From Eledone cirrhosa (lineage: Eukaryota): 64,000 nt of DNA. The notes below the pieces were generated by a model that had not been told where the DNA came from, ran no database searches, and saw only the letters and a list, made by a program, of their open reading frames with translations. The stretch is from contig OZ024750.1 in NCBI GenBank assembly GCA_964016885.1, positions 13,702,001-13,766,000 of the forward strand, in the 5' to 3' direction. The position numbers and the translations under genes are program-made. Below are positions 12,148-26,059 of the stretch, piece after piece. Each line of letters opens with the position of its first letter. Positions within the stretch are counted from its first letter, which is position 1.

Positions 12148-13251
12148 ATATATATTGGTGATGATGATGATGGTGATTAATAAAAACAAGGCTATATTTA
12201 TCCTCCAGTTTCTTATAACAAGTCCTTTAGCATCTGTCAACTGAATTCTCTCTGCTGAATCTACTTCTTCCTTGCTGAAGTTACATATATCAGTACTAAG
12301 TGACAGCTAGAACTGTTTCAGGCTATTATAACTATCTATACATTTATTTTGGGAAATATCAGTACCTAAAAGAGGGAGTGGAATTGTGGTAAAGTATCTC
12401 TGAAACTGTCTTAACTGTGATATTGTTGAACTCTGTTCAGAAGGGCTTCTTCTTGTTCTTGCTCAACGAGGCCAGGGTCATCCTGAGCCAGCGATCGTGT
12501 GAAGAGCTGACTAAAAAAATCAATTTCTTGTTAATGGGGTATGCAGGGATCGATTCCAATATGGGATTGTTCAATCTGTTTGAATTAACAACTAAATCTC
12601 TCCCATCAAGCTACCTAGCACTAACAAAGATACTTCCATGGGAGTTAGCACTAAACAAAAAACACAAAACAATTTGTAGAGTTGGTAATATATCTTGCAC
12701 CCAGTACACTCTGTAAAGACATTGGTAATAGGAAAGGCATCCAGTCATAGAAAATTTATCAAATAAAGGATTAAGAAGACTCTTTAGTTGTGTCAAAGAC
12801 ATAACTACCTGTCTTGTGCTGGTGCCACAATTAAATGTACCCACTGCACTCTGTAAAGTATGAAAATGTAAGTCAGATGTGGCCCCTGGCCTCTCTGAAA
12901 GGTCAGTAGTTCCGATTAAATACTGTCTTGATCTGAGATAACCTGTCCAACCCTCGCTAATAGATGTTAAATGATGATGATGATGAATACAGCAAAATAC
13001 AACTTGCTTATACAGGTTTATGATTTATAAATAATTAGTCTTTATTGTCTAATAGCAGAAATAATGCCCTCCAGGTAGTTTTCTGCCAGTATTAGCATGT
13101 CTATGTGTGTGTTTTATAATGTGTCTATCAATGTATATAAATGTATGTCATGCAAATGATACAAACTTGCACCAACATATTTCATCTTGCAGTTCATTTA
13201 ATTTAATACAATGACATTTATTCTCTATAAATTGGTGACTCCAAATTTCAA

Positions 13252-13785
13252 TTAAGCCTTTAGTCTTTAAACTGGCTGCATCCAGACAGTATTCTCTCAC
13301 CTCTTTCTGTTCAAACTGGCTGTAACTGGCCACTCATACTGATGTTAAGGTAGTATTCTCAAAATAAATAATATCAAAATCTCATAGATTCAATATTATG
13401 TGAGATAAAACCTTTACTGTGAAAATGCAATATAGTAAAAAAGAGTAAAGACCCCCTTTGGTCACAAATGACCACGGGATTTGCACCTAGAAAGTTCCCC
13501 TCCGAGGCACAAGTCCAGGCAAGGTTGTTTGTGGAAGACCAGCAGTCACCCATGCATACCAGTCTCCCCTCTCCATGCCACCGATGATGTCCAAGGGAAA
13601 GGCAATGGCCGATACAGCTTGGCACCAGTGACATCGTGACTCATTTCTACAGCTGAGTGAACTGGAGCAATGTGAAAGTGTCTTACTCAAGGACACAATA
13701 CATCACCTGGTCCGAGAATCAAACTCACAACCTTCTGATTGCAAGCCCAATGCTCTAACTACTAAGCCAAATGCTAAAGGGTTAA
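13252..13785. mobile_element. piggyBac-like MITE carrying a nested SINE (13447-13768)
   Basis: TTAAGCCTTTAG ... AATGCTAAAGGGTTAA; same internal sequence as the other copies. Confidence 0.75.
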
Positions 13786-14089
13786 GTAAAGATGGAATAT
13801 GAACCAGTAATAAACAGAGGCATGATTAAAAGAGTCCAGCTCAGCAACTTCGATGAGATTCAAACTTGTACTGATTTTTTTAAATAAAACGGTTTTTTAA
13901 TTGACTTTCTATCCTCTGTAGCTTGTCTTCTAGGAGTGTGTGTTGTAGTGAATTATTTATAATGAAATTACTTATAATGACATCTAATTAACACGTTGTT
14001 TAGGTGGCATATATAATCCAACCCCCTATTTTACCATCGATTGTTTCCTTGGCTTATATTTGAGTATATATGGTTGGTGTTTACTATGT

Positions 14090-14322
14090 TTAACTCTTTA
14101 GCATTTAAACCAGTTGTATCTGGCCAGAAACTTTCACCTTTTTCTGTTCAAGCTGGCTGTAACCAGCCACTCATACTGATATTAAGGTATTGTTCTCAAA
14201 ATAAATAATATCAAAATCTCATAGATTTGATATTATGTGAGATAATTATGTGAGGTAAAGCCTTTACCATGAAATTATAATATAATTGTAAATATAGAGT
14301 AATGTAAATGTTAAAGGGTTAA
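14090..14322. mobile_element. piggyBac-like MITE
   Basis: TTAACTCTTTAGCATTTA ... TAAATGTTAAAGGGTTAA. Confidence 0.82.
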
Positions 14323-15828
14323 GTAGCAATCAATGGTGAAACAATACAGACAATGAAATTCATACAACTATTATAAATAAATGAGAAAAAAAAACTTGTA
14401 AAACAAAAAAGAAAGTGGATTTTTAAGCTAGTAGGGAATGATAAAAAAAGGTTAGGCAGGAAGGTAAATGTCAAGTTTAGCCAATAAAGACATTGTAAGA
14501 CAATGTATCCTAACAAATGAGGATGTCGTAAAGAAGTGTTTGTAACTATATAAGTAGATTCGTTCTTAGTAACAATGAGAAATAAGAAGTACAGAAATGC
14601 TTCAATGTCAGGACATGTTTTAATATTGCTGTTGTCTAACACTGACTGAAGAGACCTTTCATCAAAAGTGTTCCATCCATGGCCATACCTTCTTATTTTC
14701 AGACATCTAGGCCTACATTATCCAATGTGTGATTCCTTTTTTTTAAGACAGTAAGTAGATTGAGATTTGTAGGAGATTTAGCTGCTGTTTCTAGCAACCA
14801 AGAAAAGGCTCCTTCATTGGAGATTGTTGAAAAGGCTCCTTCATGCGAGATTGTTGAATGAAGATTATGATTGCAAGAGTAAAAAAGAGTTTACTCTCTT
14901 TAAAGCCACCGCATGGGTCTCACACCTGCAGACAACTAACTCCACACTTCAATAGCAGTTATTTTTATATTGTAGAATATTTAGAATGGTTTTTATTGGA
15001 GCAAACAATATTATAGTTAAGTATAGCTTCCGAGTCTAAAACAAAATGTATTACTGGAAAATTTCTTTAAGGTCATTTAACAGTTTTAACTTGTTTCACT
15101 GACTTTCATGTCATTTACACCAATTTACTTTGCTATTTTTTTTTAGTTAGTTTTGTTTTATATAATTCCACAATCTGTCTGTTTTAATTTCTTTCACATT
15201 GAAATGTAAATTCTCGTAACTGCCCTCCAATTTTTGCTGAAGTTAGCATAAATTATTCTAATACAACTTTTCAGTGATAGAACAACAGAATAGCACCATT
15301 AACATTTCACAAAATATAATTGAAATTCATGGAAAAAATGGTTTTACTTCAAAAGGATAGTTAACCTCTAACTGCTATTATCAAAAGGGCTCGGATTAAT
15401 TATGTGTGATTTTCTTTTCACAGAAAACGAAACGAAAATTGACAGTTTTGCCATGATTATAGACTACTACTGTCGCAAATAAACTGATGAACTGAGTTAA
15501 GTATGTGATGAGAAACTATTTTATTTAAAATTAGCTTCACTGAAGAGTTACAATCTTTTTTTTTACCATATTTCATACTGAAAAGTGGTTGTGTAGGCGT
15601 CACAACAAAAGGCACCCAGTACTCACTATAAATGAGGTTGGTGCTAGGAAGGGCATCCAGCCGTAGAAACCAAACCAAAATCAATTCTGTATGAGCAAAA
15701 CATCGTCATCTGATCTGGCATTGCTCACAATAGGATAACTTGTTTAACCCATGCCAGCATGGAAAAGTGGACGTTAAACAGTGATGTTCGCATGACTACA
15801 TTAGTGCCTCTTCATAATTTTTTTATTC

Positions 15829-15958
15829 AAATTTTATCTTGGTAAAAAGATAAACCACTTTTATGGACCCTTCTGAAAAGAACTTTTAATGAGTTTTTCC
15901 ATTAATTAGATTCCTTAGACTGTATTGATAATAGTTTTCCTTTGATATAACATGGTAG

Positions 15959-16005
<47 letters not shown>

Positions 16006-16450
16006 TACATATATATACATATATATCCCATCTGGGATTTTGATATGTGAGTATCATTGCCTAACCACTGCTATCTTATATATTGATTAACTATAAGTGT
16101 GCACTCTTATGATTTATTTGCATTTTCTCACTTGCAAGCCTATTAACTCATTGAATGAGTAAGTGGTGACCAGAGCTTGCCAAAGTAAATTCAGTGATGT
16201 TTAGAAACTAATGTTTGTATATATATATATATATAATTGAGAGAGAATAATTAAGTTTACCTAAACCATTATTTGAACCCTACATACATTTCAATGTATA
16301 ACGGCAGTCCTTATATATATATATATATCAAAGCAAAACTATTATCAATACAGTCTAAGGAATTTAATTAATGGAATCTCATTAAAAGTTCTTTTCAGAA
16401 GAGTCCATAAAAGTGGTTTATCTTTTTTTTTTTTTACCAAGATAAAATTT
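15829..16450. repeat. Long inverted repeat (~120-bp arms, ~375-bp spacer)
   Basis: 15829-15949 is the reverse complement of 16324-16450 with few mismatches. Confidence 0.9.
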
Positions 16451-16454
16451 TAAT

Positions 16455-16820
16455 GTGTTGTTTCTTTGAGCAAGACACTTTATTTCACATTGCTCCAGTT
16501 TACTCAGCTGTAAAAATGAGATGATAGGACTGGAATCCCTATCATTCCACTGCAAAGTGGTCGTGGAGGTGACACGTCAAAAAAGCACCCAGCCCACACT
16601 GTAAAATGAACGTGTAGGCGCCACGGAAAAAAAAGCACCCAGCACTCACTGTAAATGAGGTTGGTGTTAGGAAGGGCATCCAGCTGTAGAAATCAAGCCA
16701 GAATCAGTTCCTGTATGAGCAAGACAAGGTCAGCCGACCGGACACTGCCTATAACTGGACAACCCGTCTAACCAATGCTAGCGTGGAAGAACGGACGTAA
16801 AACTGTGATGATGATGATGA
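16455..16820 (+). mobile_element. SINE family B, 5'-truncated
   Basis: Reverse-complement match to 977-1312 and 35828-36157; ends GATGATGATGA then (TA)n. Confidence 0.82.
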
Positions 16821-18174
16821 TATATATATACGAATATATATAATCGTATATAAACAGAATAAATGGAGAAGGCAATACGTTTAAAACCTATATATATATA
16901 TATATAAATCAAAATGGAGGCAGTAAAAACCTGTTGACCAGAGCACCCGATACTTGGGGTAGTAGAATATGGTAATATAAAAGAGTCGGGACCCCAACGC
17001 TGAGCTCTTGCCGTTTCAACAGCTAATTCCAAACACAGAAAGGAGATTTCAAGGGAAACAACTCTTCATACAACTATTGTTATAGTGGGAAATTTAGACG
17101 TTGTTATTGACTGAGTTCAAAAGCATTCCAGTCGTAACCATCCAGCCTTCGTCAATGTTCAGGGAAGCAAGGACTACTTTATTCAACCTGTTCTCACCAC
17201 CACAACCGTCACACACGCCACCATAACTACCACCACCACCACAACCGACACTAACACCATCATCATTACCACTACCACTATAACCACCACCAACAACAAC
17301 AACAACACCATCTCCACCGCCAACACCATCACCACGATTACTATCACTTCTCTTTCTTTTCTTTATATTTTTAAAGAAAGTATATGGATGTGTTCCAAAG
17401 TTTATCTGACATCACGTAAAGCTGCTAACAGCCAACTTTTCAAGGTTTGTTGCAATGAAACAGAGGATGGCAAATGATAAAATCTTCAGTTCTATCTCAG
17501 GAATATATCATATGAGAAGCTGTTTTATAGAACGGTATTAACTAAATTGTAGGTATCTAGTCTTTGTCTATCTTTTACAGAAGCCCTAGTCCAGGTTAGT
17601 TGTAGATATCTAGTCTATGTTCACCTGTAGAAGCCCTAGTCTAAAAACATTAAAATATTAAAACTTCATAAATATATTTTCCACTCATGAGAATTTCAAA
17701 CCCACACCATCTAAACATAATGTGTTAATTAGCTGCCTCTGCTTATAAAAGGGGTTTGGATTTTTGCCCATTTCTCGGGCATAAAATAGGTGGGGGTCAT
17801 CTTATATTTAAATATATATGGTACTATTCCTGTACTGGGCTCAATTTAATTGTGGCATTCTGCCAAATTTAGAAATGATTAAATGAAAAAGATTAAAAAA
17901 AAAATAATAAAACATTTTTTTAAAATAATGAAATACTAAAAATGCATTTAGCTTTTCTATTACCAAGAATAACAATACAATCTGGTACCAAAAATAAAAG
18001 TTCTTCCTGTGTCTGCTGCAGGTCAGCATTCTTTGCAATTTTAAGATTTCCATGTGCCAGAGACAGCATAAGTAAAAAAATATCTGATAGCAGATATATT
18101 CCTGAAAATAATCTCATTTCCAAATACCAAAAATATTTAGAATGTTGTTGTGTCAGAAATAAATAAAGATGAGG

Positions 18175-18385
18175 AAACAACTCTTTACCATTTCCTCCCA
18201 CTATACTGTCTATAATTGACTTTTGTTCTTTAAAGAAACAATTATTTACGAATTTCTTCCACTATACTGTTTATCACACACTTTTGTTCTTTAAAGAAAC
18301 AATTCTTTACCAATTTCTCACACCATTTTGTTTATCATTGACTTTTGTTCTTTAAGGAAACAATTCTTTACTAATTTCCAATGTT
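18175..18385. repeat. ~61-bp tandem repeat, ~3.5 copies
   Basis: TTTTGTTCTTTAA(A/G)GAAACAATT recurs at 18221, 18282 and 18343. Confidence 0.85.
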
Positions 18386-18999
18386 TTACCACTGCTAACA
18401 ACAAAATGCTTTTCTCTGAGAGTGAAGGGTAGACTATGATACCTGAGGGCAAATTTCAATGATAGTGAAACATGAGCCTTGACTACAGAAGACCTGTGGA
18501 GGCTAGAAAGAAACGAGTTTATCAAATCCTTCATTGGTATAAGAAACGAGCCTAAGCCTATGGTAAAAGATACTTGCCCAAGAAACCCTCATGGGGGTTG
18601 AACCTAAAATTACATGAATGAGAAGTGAATTTCTCAACCACACAGCCATGCCTCCATACATACATCTTTTGACACCAGTAAATAAAATGTAAAATTTCTC
18701 TCAGTGGGATTTGAACTTAGAAACTTAAAAGTATACCACTAAATACTGTGAGTCATTTAGTGCAGTTCTCTACTGCTTCTACCTCTCCACTGCTACTCCA
18801 CTGCTCTGGTTTGTCTATTATCAGATACTCAATCTATTCCTAATTAAATAATGGGCTTCATAAGAATGGGCTTCATGCCATAAAAATACTGGGAAGAGAC
18901 AATTGCTTCAACATGGTATATACAAATAATCAAATTTGTAAAATGTAAACTATAATCTTTACCATAGCAACATTGGAAAACAGATAAAAGTTACATTAA

Positions 19000-19074
<75 letters not shown>

Positions 19075-19949
19075 CATATATGAGATGGGCCGACCAGAAC
19101 TAACATTTTTTTATCAGGTTCTGTAGAATTCAGATATCCTTGCTACCAATTACCTACTGATTTCTGAGATAATCTTGTTTAGTACCATTTGTTATATCTA
19201 AAAATAATTGATTTGACCAAAATAAAATACCTACTCTTATGAGATTTTACTATCTTTAGCAGAATCATCTAAGACAGCTGACTAAATTTCACTACTAAGA
19301 CCAGGTGTAAATTATCTGTTTTGACTTAGTTATAACAATGAAAATAATTAGTATTTTAGCTGTAAAATCTTATTTATAGTCAACCAATAACAAAATAATA
19401 GTGTGGTTTACAGTGATGGGAAACTGGGAGAGAATTCCTATTTCTGTTTAAATCTTTCCTTATATTTCTAATGAAAAACACTGCCTATGATTTTCAAATT
19501 ATTTTGAAAATAATCCAGAATGTGTAGGAATTTAGTAATATAACTTTCTTATTATTAAGCTGATGTTTGGAACAAAGACTTTTGCATAGAATTATGATGA
19601 AAAGTTTTAAGATAAGTACTACTGCTATTAAATTCATCCACTTCTTTGTGGTGGCATAAAACCTTTCCATCTCACACTGTCAAACATTAACTGCCACTGT
19701 TCTTCACTGGATAATTCTTTATCTTCCTCAATGACTCTCTTTAATGTCTTAAGAGGTCTTCTATGTTTGCTCACATATATTTAGATAAATATAGTATCCT
19801 GTGACTCCTGATGGAGTTGTAGGGGTGCTGTAGTGGCAAACAACGTTTCTTGGGCATTTAAAACCTGTTGGAGCCCATCCCTCTCCAGGTCTGAATACAG
19901 CAGATTTCATCTAGAAAAGGATAGAAAGTGAGAAAGAGATATAGAAGGA

Positions 19950-20105
19950 GAATTGACCCCAGTACTAGACTGATACTTTTTTTATCGACCTCAAAAGGAT
20001 GAAAGGCAAAGTTGACTGTGGCAGGATTTGAACTCAGAGAGTAGACAGCCAGAATGAATACGGCAAAGCATTCTATCCAATGTTCTAATAACGCTGCCAA
20101 TTCAT
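19950..20105 (-). mobile_element. SINE family A, diverged
   Basis: TTTATCGACC...GGATGAAAGGCAAAGTTGAC...GGATTTGAACTCAGA. Confidence 0.72.
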
Positions 20106-20744
20106 TGCCCTGTTTAATATACAAATATTTTTTTTAAAAAAGCAGTTTTCAATTACAGAAACAAAATCGGTTTGGTATCAAAAGAGTTACCATATTAATT
20201 TCAACTTGGTAAAAGAACAGATTTAAAGAAATGGAGAACTTTGATGATATTATATTTATATCATTCTCAAGAGTATTAGAAGTAAAGATGTAGTGAACTA
20301 AATTTAAGCAGGATTTTAAATGAGTTAGTAACCTTAACTCATATAATCCATTACTAATTTGATTACATGTCTTCAATAATTAATATACATATCATTAATT
20401 ACCATCATTTTACATGTTTTTCTAGCATGGGTTGGACAGGTTATTAAAAACCAAGTTAGTACTTAATTGGAGCTACAACCTCCCTCTCCCAGACTGGCTG
20501 GGAATCACATCTTGCTTATATACATTCTCTCTCTCTCATCATCATCATCGTCGATTAACTTCTATCTTCCATGCTAGCATGGGTTATATGGGTGGGTTTG
20601 TCCCAATTAGAGACAAGTTGGATCGGTTGACCCTATCTCGCTTATATAGGAGAGTTTCTGGCTGGTTTTCTATGCAGAGATGCCCTTCCTAACGCCAACC
20701 ACATTTACAGCGTGCTGGGTGCTTTTTGCCGTGACACCTACATC

Positions 20745-21362
20745 ATCATCATTTTACGTCTGCTTTTCCCTGCTTGCAAGGGTGGGACGAGTCCTATTCA
20801 GCACAGTATCTCTCCACTTGTCACGGTCCTTCATCTCCTCCATGAGCTTCAGCGATCTGAGATCTGCTCTCACCCCCTCCGCCCATGTTTTTCATGGTCT
20901 TCCTTCTACTGGGATTTCTTGACACTTCTTAACCCAGCATTCATCCTCCATGCTCATCACATGTCCATACCATCTCAGTCTTCTCTCCTGCACACCACAA
21001 CTTATCCCTCTTATACCCAGTTTCTCTCTCAACTCATCTATGCTTGGTCATTCAAGCACATTGACATTGCACATCCAATGGAGCATGCTTGCTTCATTTC
21101 TCTCCAGCCGTCGCATATCCTCTGCAGTTGCTGCTCATGTCTCACTACCATGCAGCATCACGTATCTCACACAGGCATCATATAACTGGCCTTTTGTACG
21201 CAGGGAGAAACCCTTCTTTGTCAACAGAGGTAGCAGCTCCCTAAACGTCTTCCAACCCGTCCTTATTCTAGATACTATGGCCTCGGAACACCCCCTTCCC
21301 ATGCTAATCTGATCACCTAGGTACCGGAAGCTATCAATCACTTCCATAGAACTCACCTGCAT
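20745..21362 (-). mobile_element. RTE-clade LINE 3' fragment
   Basis: VIDSFRYLGDQIS...SRIRTGWKTFRELLPLL...KGQLYDACVRYVMLHGSET; same (GAT)n tail. Confidence 0.9.
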
Positions 21363-22392
21363 TTGAAAAATGTGTCTATCACTGCGATTATTACTGTCAA
21401 CTTTCTCTGTACATCTCTATATATATATATATATATATATAGAAAGAAAAATATGATGCTCTACCAATACTGCCAATTGACCGCTGGTTTAACTTGATCT
21501 GAATCTAATTACAGATATTAGATGTTCTGAGCTAAAGTAGTAAAAATGTGTCCCAAATTATTTCTAAGAGAATGTTGTGTACAATGATAATTTTTTTTTC
21601 ATTTCCATGAAGGTATTTTTATGCTTTTGATATTAATCTGTAAAATTAAAAAATAAATTTGTTTGGTACATGGAATTTATTTTGTTTATGAAAAATGTTT
21701 AAATGTTTTTTTTGTGTAGATTTATATTGTTGGCAAGGGAGATAATAATTGTAATTCTAGTCATTTTTTGTAATTGGTATTGATAGTGTTTCTGTAAATA
21801 ATATGGACAGTACTTACATTTATAGAGACAATTTCAAGCAAAGTTATCGCTCTAATTATTCTCTGATGGCATTCATACATGAAGAAATAACAAATGACTC
21901 ACCTATACAGTTTAAATGACAATCAAGCTTTGACTACTGTCTTTTTTTTCTAGTCTATTATACACAGAATTACTTTGACCAGACACATCATAGTCGAATG
22001 GTTAAAGAGTTTACTTTGATGACAGTGTATGGCATCTTAGATAGTGTTATTTACCATAGTCTCAGGTTGACACATATATTGTGAGTGAAATTTAGTAGAC
22101 AGAAACTCTTTGGAAGCCTTTCAGGTGGACTGAACCTGTAATTCAAAATGAAAGCCTTCCTACAACGTTGTGCTGAATTTCCCTCAGAATTACGTTAAGG
22201 GTATGGGTTTGCCATTTATGTTAATTTTATTACCAGGCAGGCTGTTTAATTGACTGAAGAACTGGACTGCTCATTGTCAAAACCAATAGAGATCCATTTA
22301 ACAATTGATCAATCACTATCCAACATATCCATTTTTAAGATTGGTCAGGTTTTATTAGACAAAACTTAGGATGAAATTTATGTAAAATGAAA

Positions 22393-24750
22393 ACAATGTA
22401 GAGCAGTGTTTCCTAAGGTTGGATCAATGTAGTGTAACAATGTAGAGCAGTGTTTCCTAAGGTTGGATCAATGTAGTGTAACAATGTAGAGCAGTGTTTC
22501 CTAAGGTTGAATCAATGTAGTGTAACAATGTAGAGCAGTGTTTCCTAAGGTTGGATCAATGTAGTGTAACAATGTAGAGCAGTGTTTCCTAAGGTTGAAT
22601 CAATGTAGTGTAACAATGTAGAGCAGTGTTTCCTAAGGTTGAATCAATGTAGTGTAACAATGTAGAGCAGTGTTTCCTAAGGTTGGATCAATGTAGTGTA
22701 ACAATGTAGAGCAGTGTTTCCTAAGGTTGAATCAATGTAGTGTAACAATGTAAAGCAGTGTTTCCTAAGGTTGAATCAATGTAGTGTAACAATGTAGAGC
22801 AGTGTTTCCTAAGGTTGGATCAATGTAGTGTAACAATGTAGAGCAGTGTTTCCTAAGGTTGAATCAATGTAGTGTAACAATGTAGAGCAGTGTTTCCTAA
22901 GGTTGAATCAATGTAGTGTAACAATGTAGAGCAGTGTTTCCTAAGGTTGAATCAATGTAGTGTAACAATGTAGAGCAGTGTTTCCTGAGGTTGGATCAAT
23001 GTAGTGTAACAATGTAGAGCAGTGTTTCCTAAGGTTGAATCAATGTAGTGTACAATGTAGAGCAGTGTTTCCTAAGGTTGAATCAATGTAGTGTAACAAT
23101 GTAGAGCAGTGTTTCCTAAGGTTGAATCAATGTAGTGTACAATGTAGAGCAGTGTTTCCTAAGGTTGAATCAATGTAGTGTAACAATGTAGAGCAGTGTT
23201 TCCTAAGGTTGAATCAATGTAGTGTACAATGTAGAGCAGTGTTTCCTAAGGTTGAATCAATGTAGTGTAACAATGTAGAGCAGTGTTTCCTAAGGTTGAA
23301 TCAATGTAGTGTACAATGTAGAGCAGTGTTTCCTAAGGTTGAATCAATGTAGTGTAACAATGTAGAGCAGTGTTTCCTAAGGTTGAATCAATGTAGTGTA
23401 ACAATGTAGAGCAGTGTTTCCTAAGGTTGAATCAATGTAGTGTAACAATGTAGAGCAGTGTTTCCTAAGGTTGGATCAATGTAGTGTAACAATGTAGAGC
23501 AGTGTTTCCTAAGGTTGAATCAATGTAGTGTAACAATGTAGAGCAGTGTTTCCTAAGGTTGGATCAATGTAGTGTAACAATGTAGAGCAGTGTTTCCTAA
23601 GGTTGAATCAATGTAGTGTAACAATGTAGAGCAGTGTTTCCTAAGGTTGAATCAATGTAGTGTAACAATGTAGAGCAGTGTTTCCTAAGGTTGGATCAAT
23701 GTAGTGTAACAATGTAGAGCAGTGTTTCCTAAGGTTGAATCAATGTAGTGTAACAATGTAGAGCAGTGTTTCCTAAGGTTGGATCAATGTAGTGTAACAA
23801 TGTTGAGCAGTGTTTCCTAAGGTTGAATCAATGTAGTGTAACAATGTAGAGCAGTGTTTCCTAAGGTTGAATCAATGTAGTGTAACAATGTAGAGCAGTG
23901 TTTCCTAAGGTTGGATCAATGTAGTGTAACAATGTAGAGCAGTGTTTCCTAAGGTTGAATCAATGTAGTGTAACAATGTAGAGCAGTGTTTCCTAAGGTT
24001 GAATCAATGTAGTGTAACAATGTAGAGCAGTGTTTCCTAAGGTTGGATCAATGTAGTGTAACAATGTAGAGCAGTGTTTCCTAAGGTTGAATCAATGTAG
24101 TGTAACAATGTAGAGCAGTGTTTCCTAAGGTTGGATCAATGTAGTGTAACAATGTAGAGCAGTGTTTCCTAAGGTTGGATCAATGTAGTGTAACAATGTA
24201 GAGCAGTGTTTCCTAAGGTTGAATCAATGTAGTGTACAATGTAGAGCAGTGTTTCCTAAGGTTGAATCAATGTAGTGTAACAATGTAGAGCAGTGTTTCC
24301 TAAGGTTGGATCAATGTAGTGTAACAATGTAGAGCAGTGTTTCCTAAGGTTGAATCAATGTAGTGTAACAATGTAGAGCAGTGTTTCCTAAGGTTGGATC
24401 AATGTAGTGTACAATGTAGAGCAGTGTTTCCTAAGGTTGGATCAATGTAGTGTAACAATGTAGAGCAGTGTTTCCTAAGGTTGGATCAATGTAGTGTAAC
24501 AATGTAGAGCAGTGTTTCCTAAGGTTGGATCAATGTAGTGTAACAATGTAGAGCAGTGTTTCCTAAGGTTGGATCAATGTAGTGTAACAATGTAGAGCAG
24601 TGTTTCCTAAGGTTGAATCAATGTAGTGTAACAATGTAGAGCAGTGTTTCCTAAGGTTGGATCAATGTAGTGTAACAATGTAGAGCAGTGTTTCCTAAGG
24701 TTGAATCAATGTAGTGTAACAATGTAGAGCAGTGTTTCCTAAGGTTGGAT
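22393..24750. repeat. 44-bp minisatellite array, ~54 copies
   Basis: Unit ACAATGTAGAGCAGTGTTTCCTAAGGTTG(G/A)ATCAATGTAGTGTA; near-identical head-to-tail copies, some 43 bp. Confidence 0.98.
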
Positions 24751-25849
24751 TCTTCTCGTAACTCAGCTTTTTTTTTTCATTTAATGTCATATTAAAATTA
24801 AGGTTGTGGAGATCATCTGTAAAATAAAATATGGGTTCTATGATTTTTTGAAAATCATATAAGTTAAGAGTCCACAGGTGAAGAGGCTTCTTTTGGGGTT
24901 CCAACACAACTTCTGATGATATAGAGAAGTGAATAATGGATAATTGTTTTTCAATTTGTTAACACTGATCTTAGAACATAAAAAGAGGGAAAAACAGAGG
25001 TGAAGTGTTACACATAACTATGAGGGTTACATGATGTAAGAAATTTCAAAATCCACTGACAACAATATAATTTACTTAACATTAAAAAAAAAACAATTTT
25101 TGCTTTAATTAAAAAAAAACTTTATTAATTTATAAATCTTATTCCATTTTTGGAAGGGAAGGAGTTGAATTATCTTCACATGTGATGCAAGGGTTGCCAC
25201 ATGGTATGAGAGAATTCTTGTGTAGGTCAATACTTCACATGTGATGCAAGGATTGCCACATGCTACGAGAATTCCTGTGTGAGTCAATACAAGACAAACG
25301 ATGCAGTCAGTATAAAAATGAAAACTTAATTGATCACAGATTTAGATTTATAAAGCAGCAAGGATGTCATAAAGTTCTGGCTAATTATGAATATAAGAAG
25401 TTTCAACATTTTTTAATATATACTCGAAGAATTGATAAATTATATGGAACACAGCCTCAACAATTGAATTTTTATTCATTTTTCTTTTGTATTTTTTTCA
25501 CTTTCTTTCAACTACTCTCATTTTTGTTGTTTGTTTACTAAATTCTTTTATTTTATATAAAACATAACAAAAGTTATAACAACCAATAACTGTGAATCAA
25601 TCTTCCAACAACTAAATTCTTAGTTTTTTTTCTGTCTAAAATTACACTTCAGTTCAAATATACATATTTACACACATGCACAAAATGTTATTATCTATCC
25701 TTCCCTCAGACACAAACATTTCTCACACAACCTCTTACTTTCAGAGATAGAGAGAGAAAGAGAGAAATTTAATATTATTCCCCAAACCACCTAAGACACA
25801 CACAAACTTTATATATACACATATATTCCCAGACACAATACACATATAT

Positions 25850-26059
25850 TTAGTTATAAATATTCTTAATTCCATTTTGTTCTTCAGAATCAAGTTTGCG
25901 ACTCAGTTTGGTCATAAGATTATAAATGATACCAGCTTGCTTTGTATGTAGAGTTATCACAGTTCCTGCAGAACCATTCAGGTGTATCTTCAGTGAATTG
26001 ATGTCATATTGTTGCTGGTGCCAACTAATGTCATTATACATATAGCTTTTAGTAAAATT
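25850..26059 (-). CDS. KRIT1: KRIT1 terminal coding exon 16
   Basis: NFTKSYMYNDISW...ITLHTKQAGIIYNLMTKLSRKLDSEEQNGIKNIYN*; CAG acceptor; several minus-strand AATAAA hexamers lie downstream (e.g. 25471-25476, 25121-25126). Confidence 0.93.
   Translation of the reverse strand, partial: NFTKSYMYNDISWHQQQYDINSLKIHLNGSAGTVITLHTKQAGIIYNLMTKLSRKLDSEEQNGIKNIYN

Noticed and set aside
17920-18201. Possible exon (HGNLKIAKNADLQQTQEELLFL)
   Set aside because: An acceptor-like site exists, but the donor is weak and there is no recognisable homology or partner exon.
22393-24750. CRISPR-like regular array
   Set aside because: Units are head-to-tail with no unique spacers, there are no cas genes, and the context is eukaryotic; it is a minisatellite.
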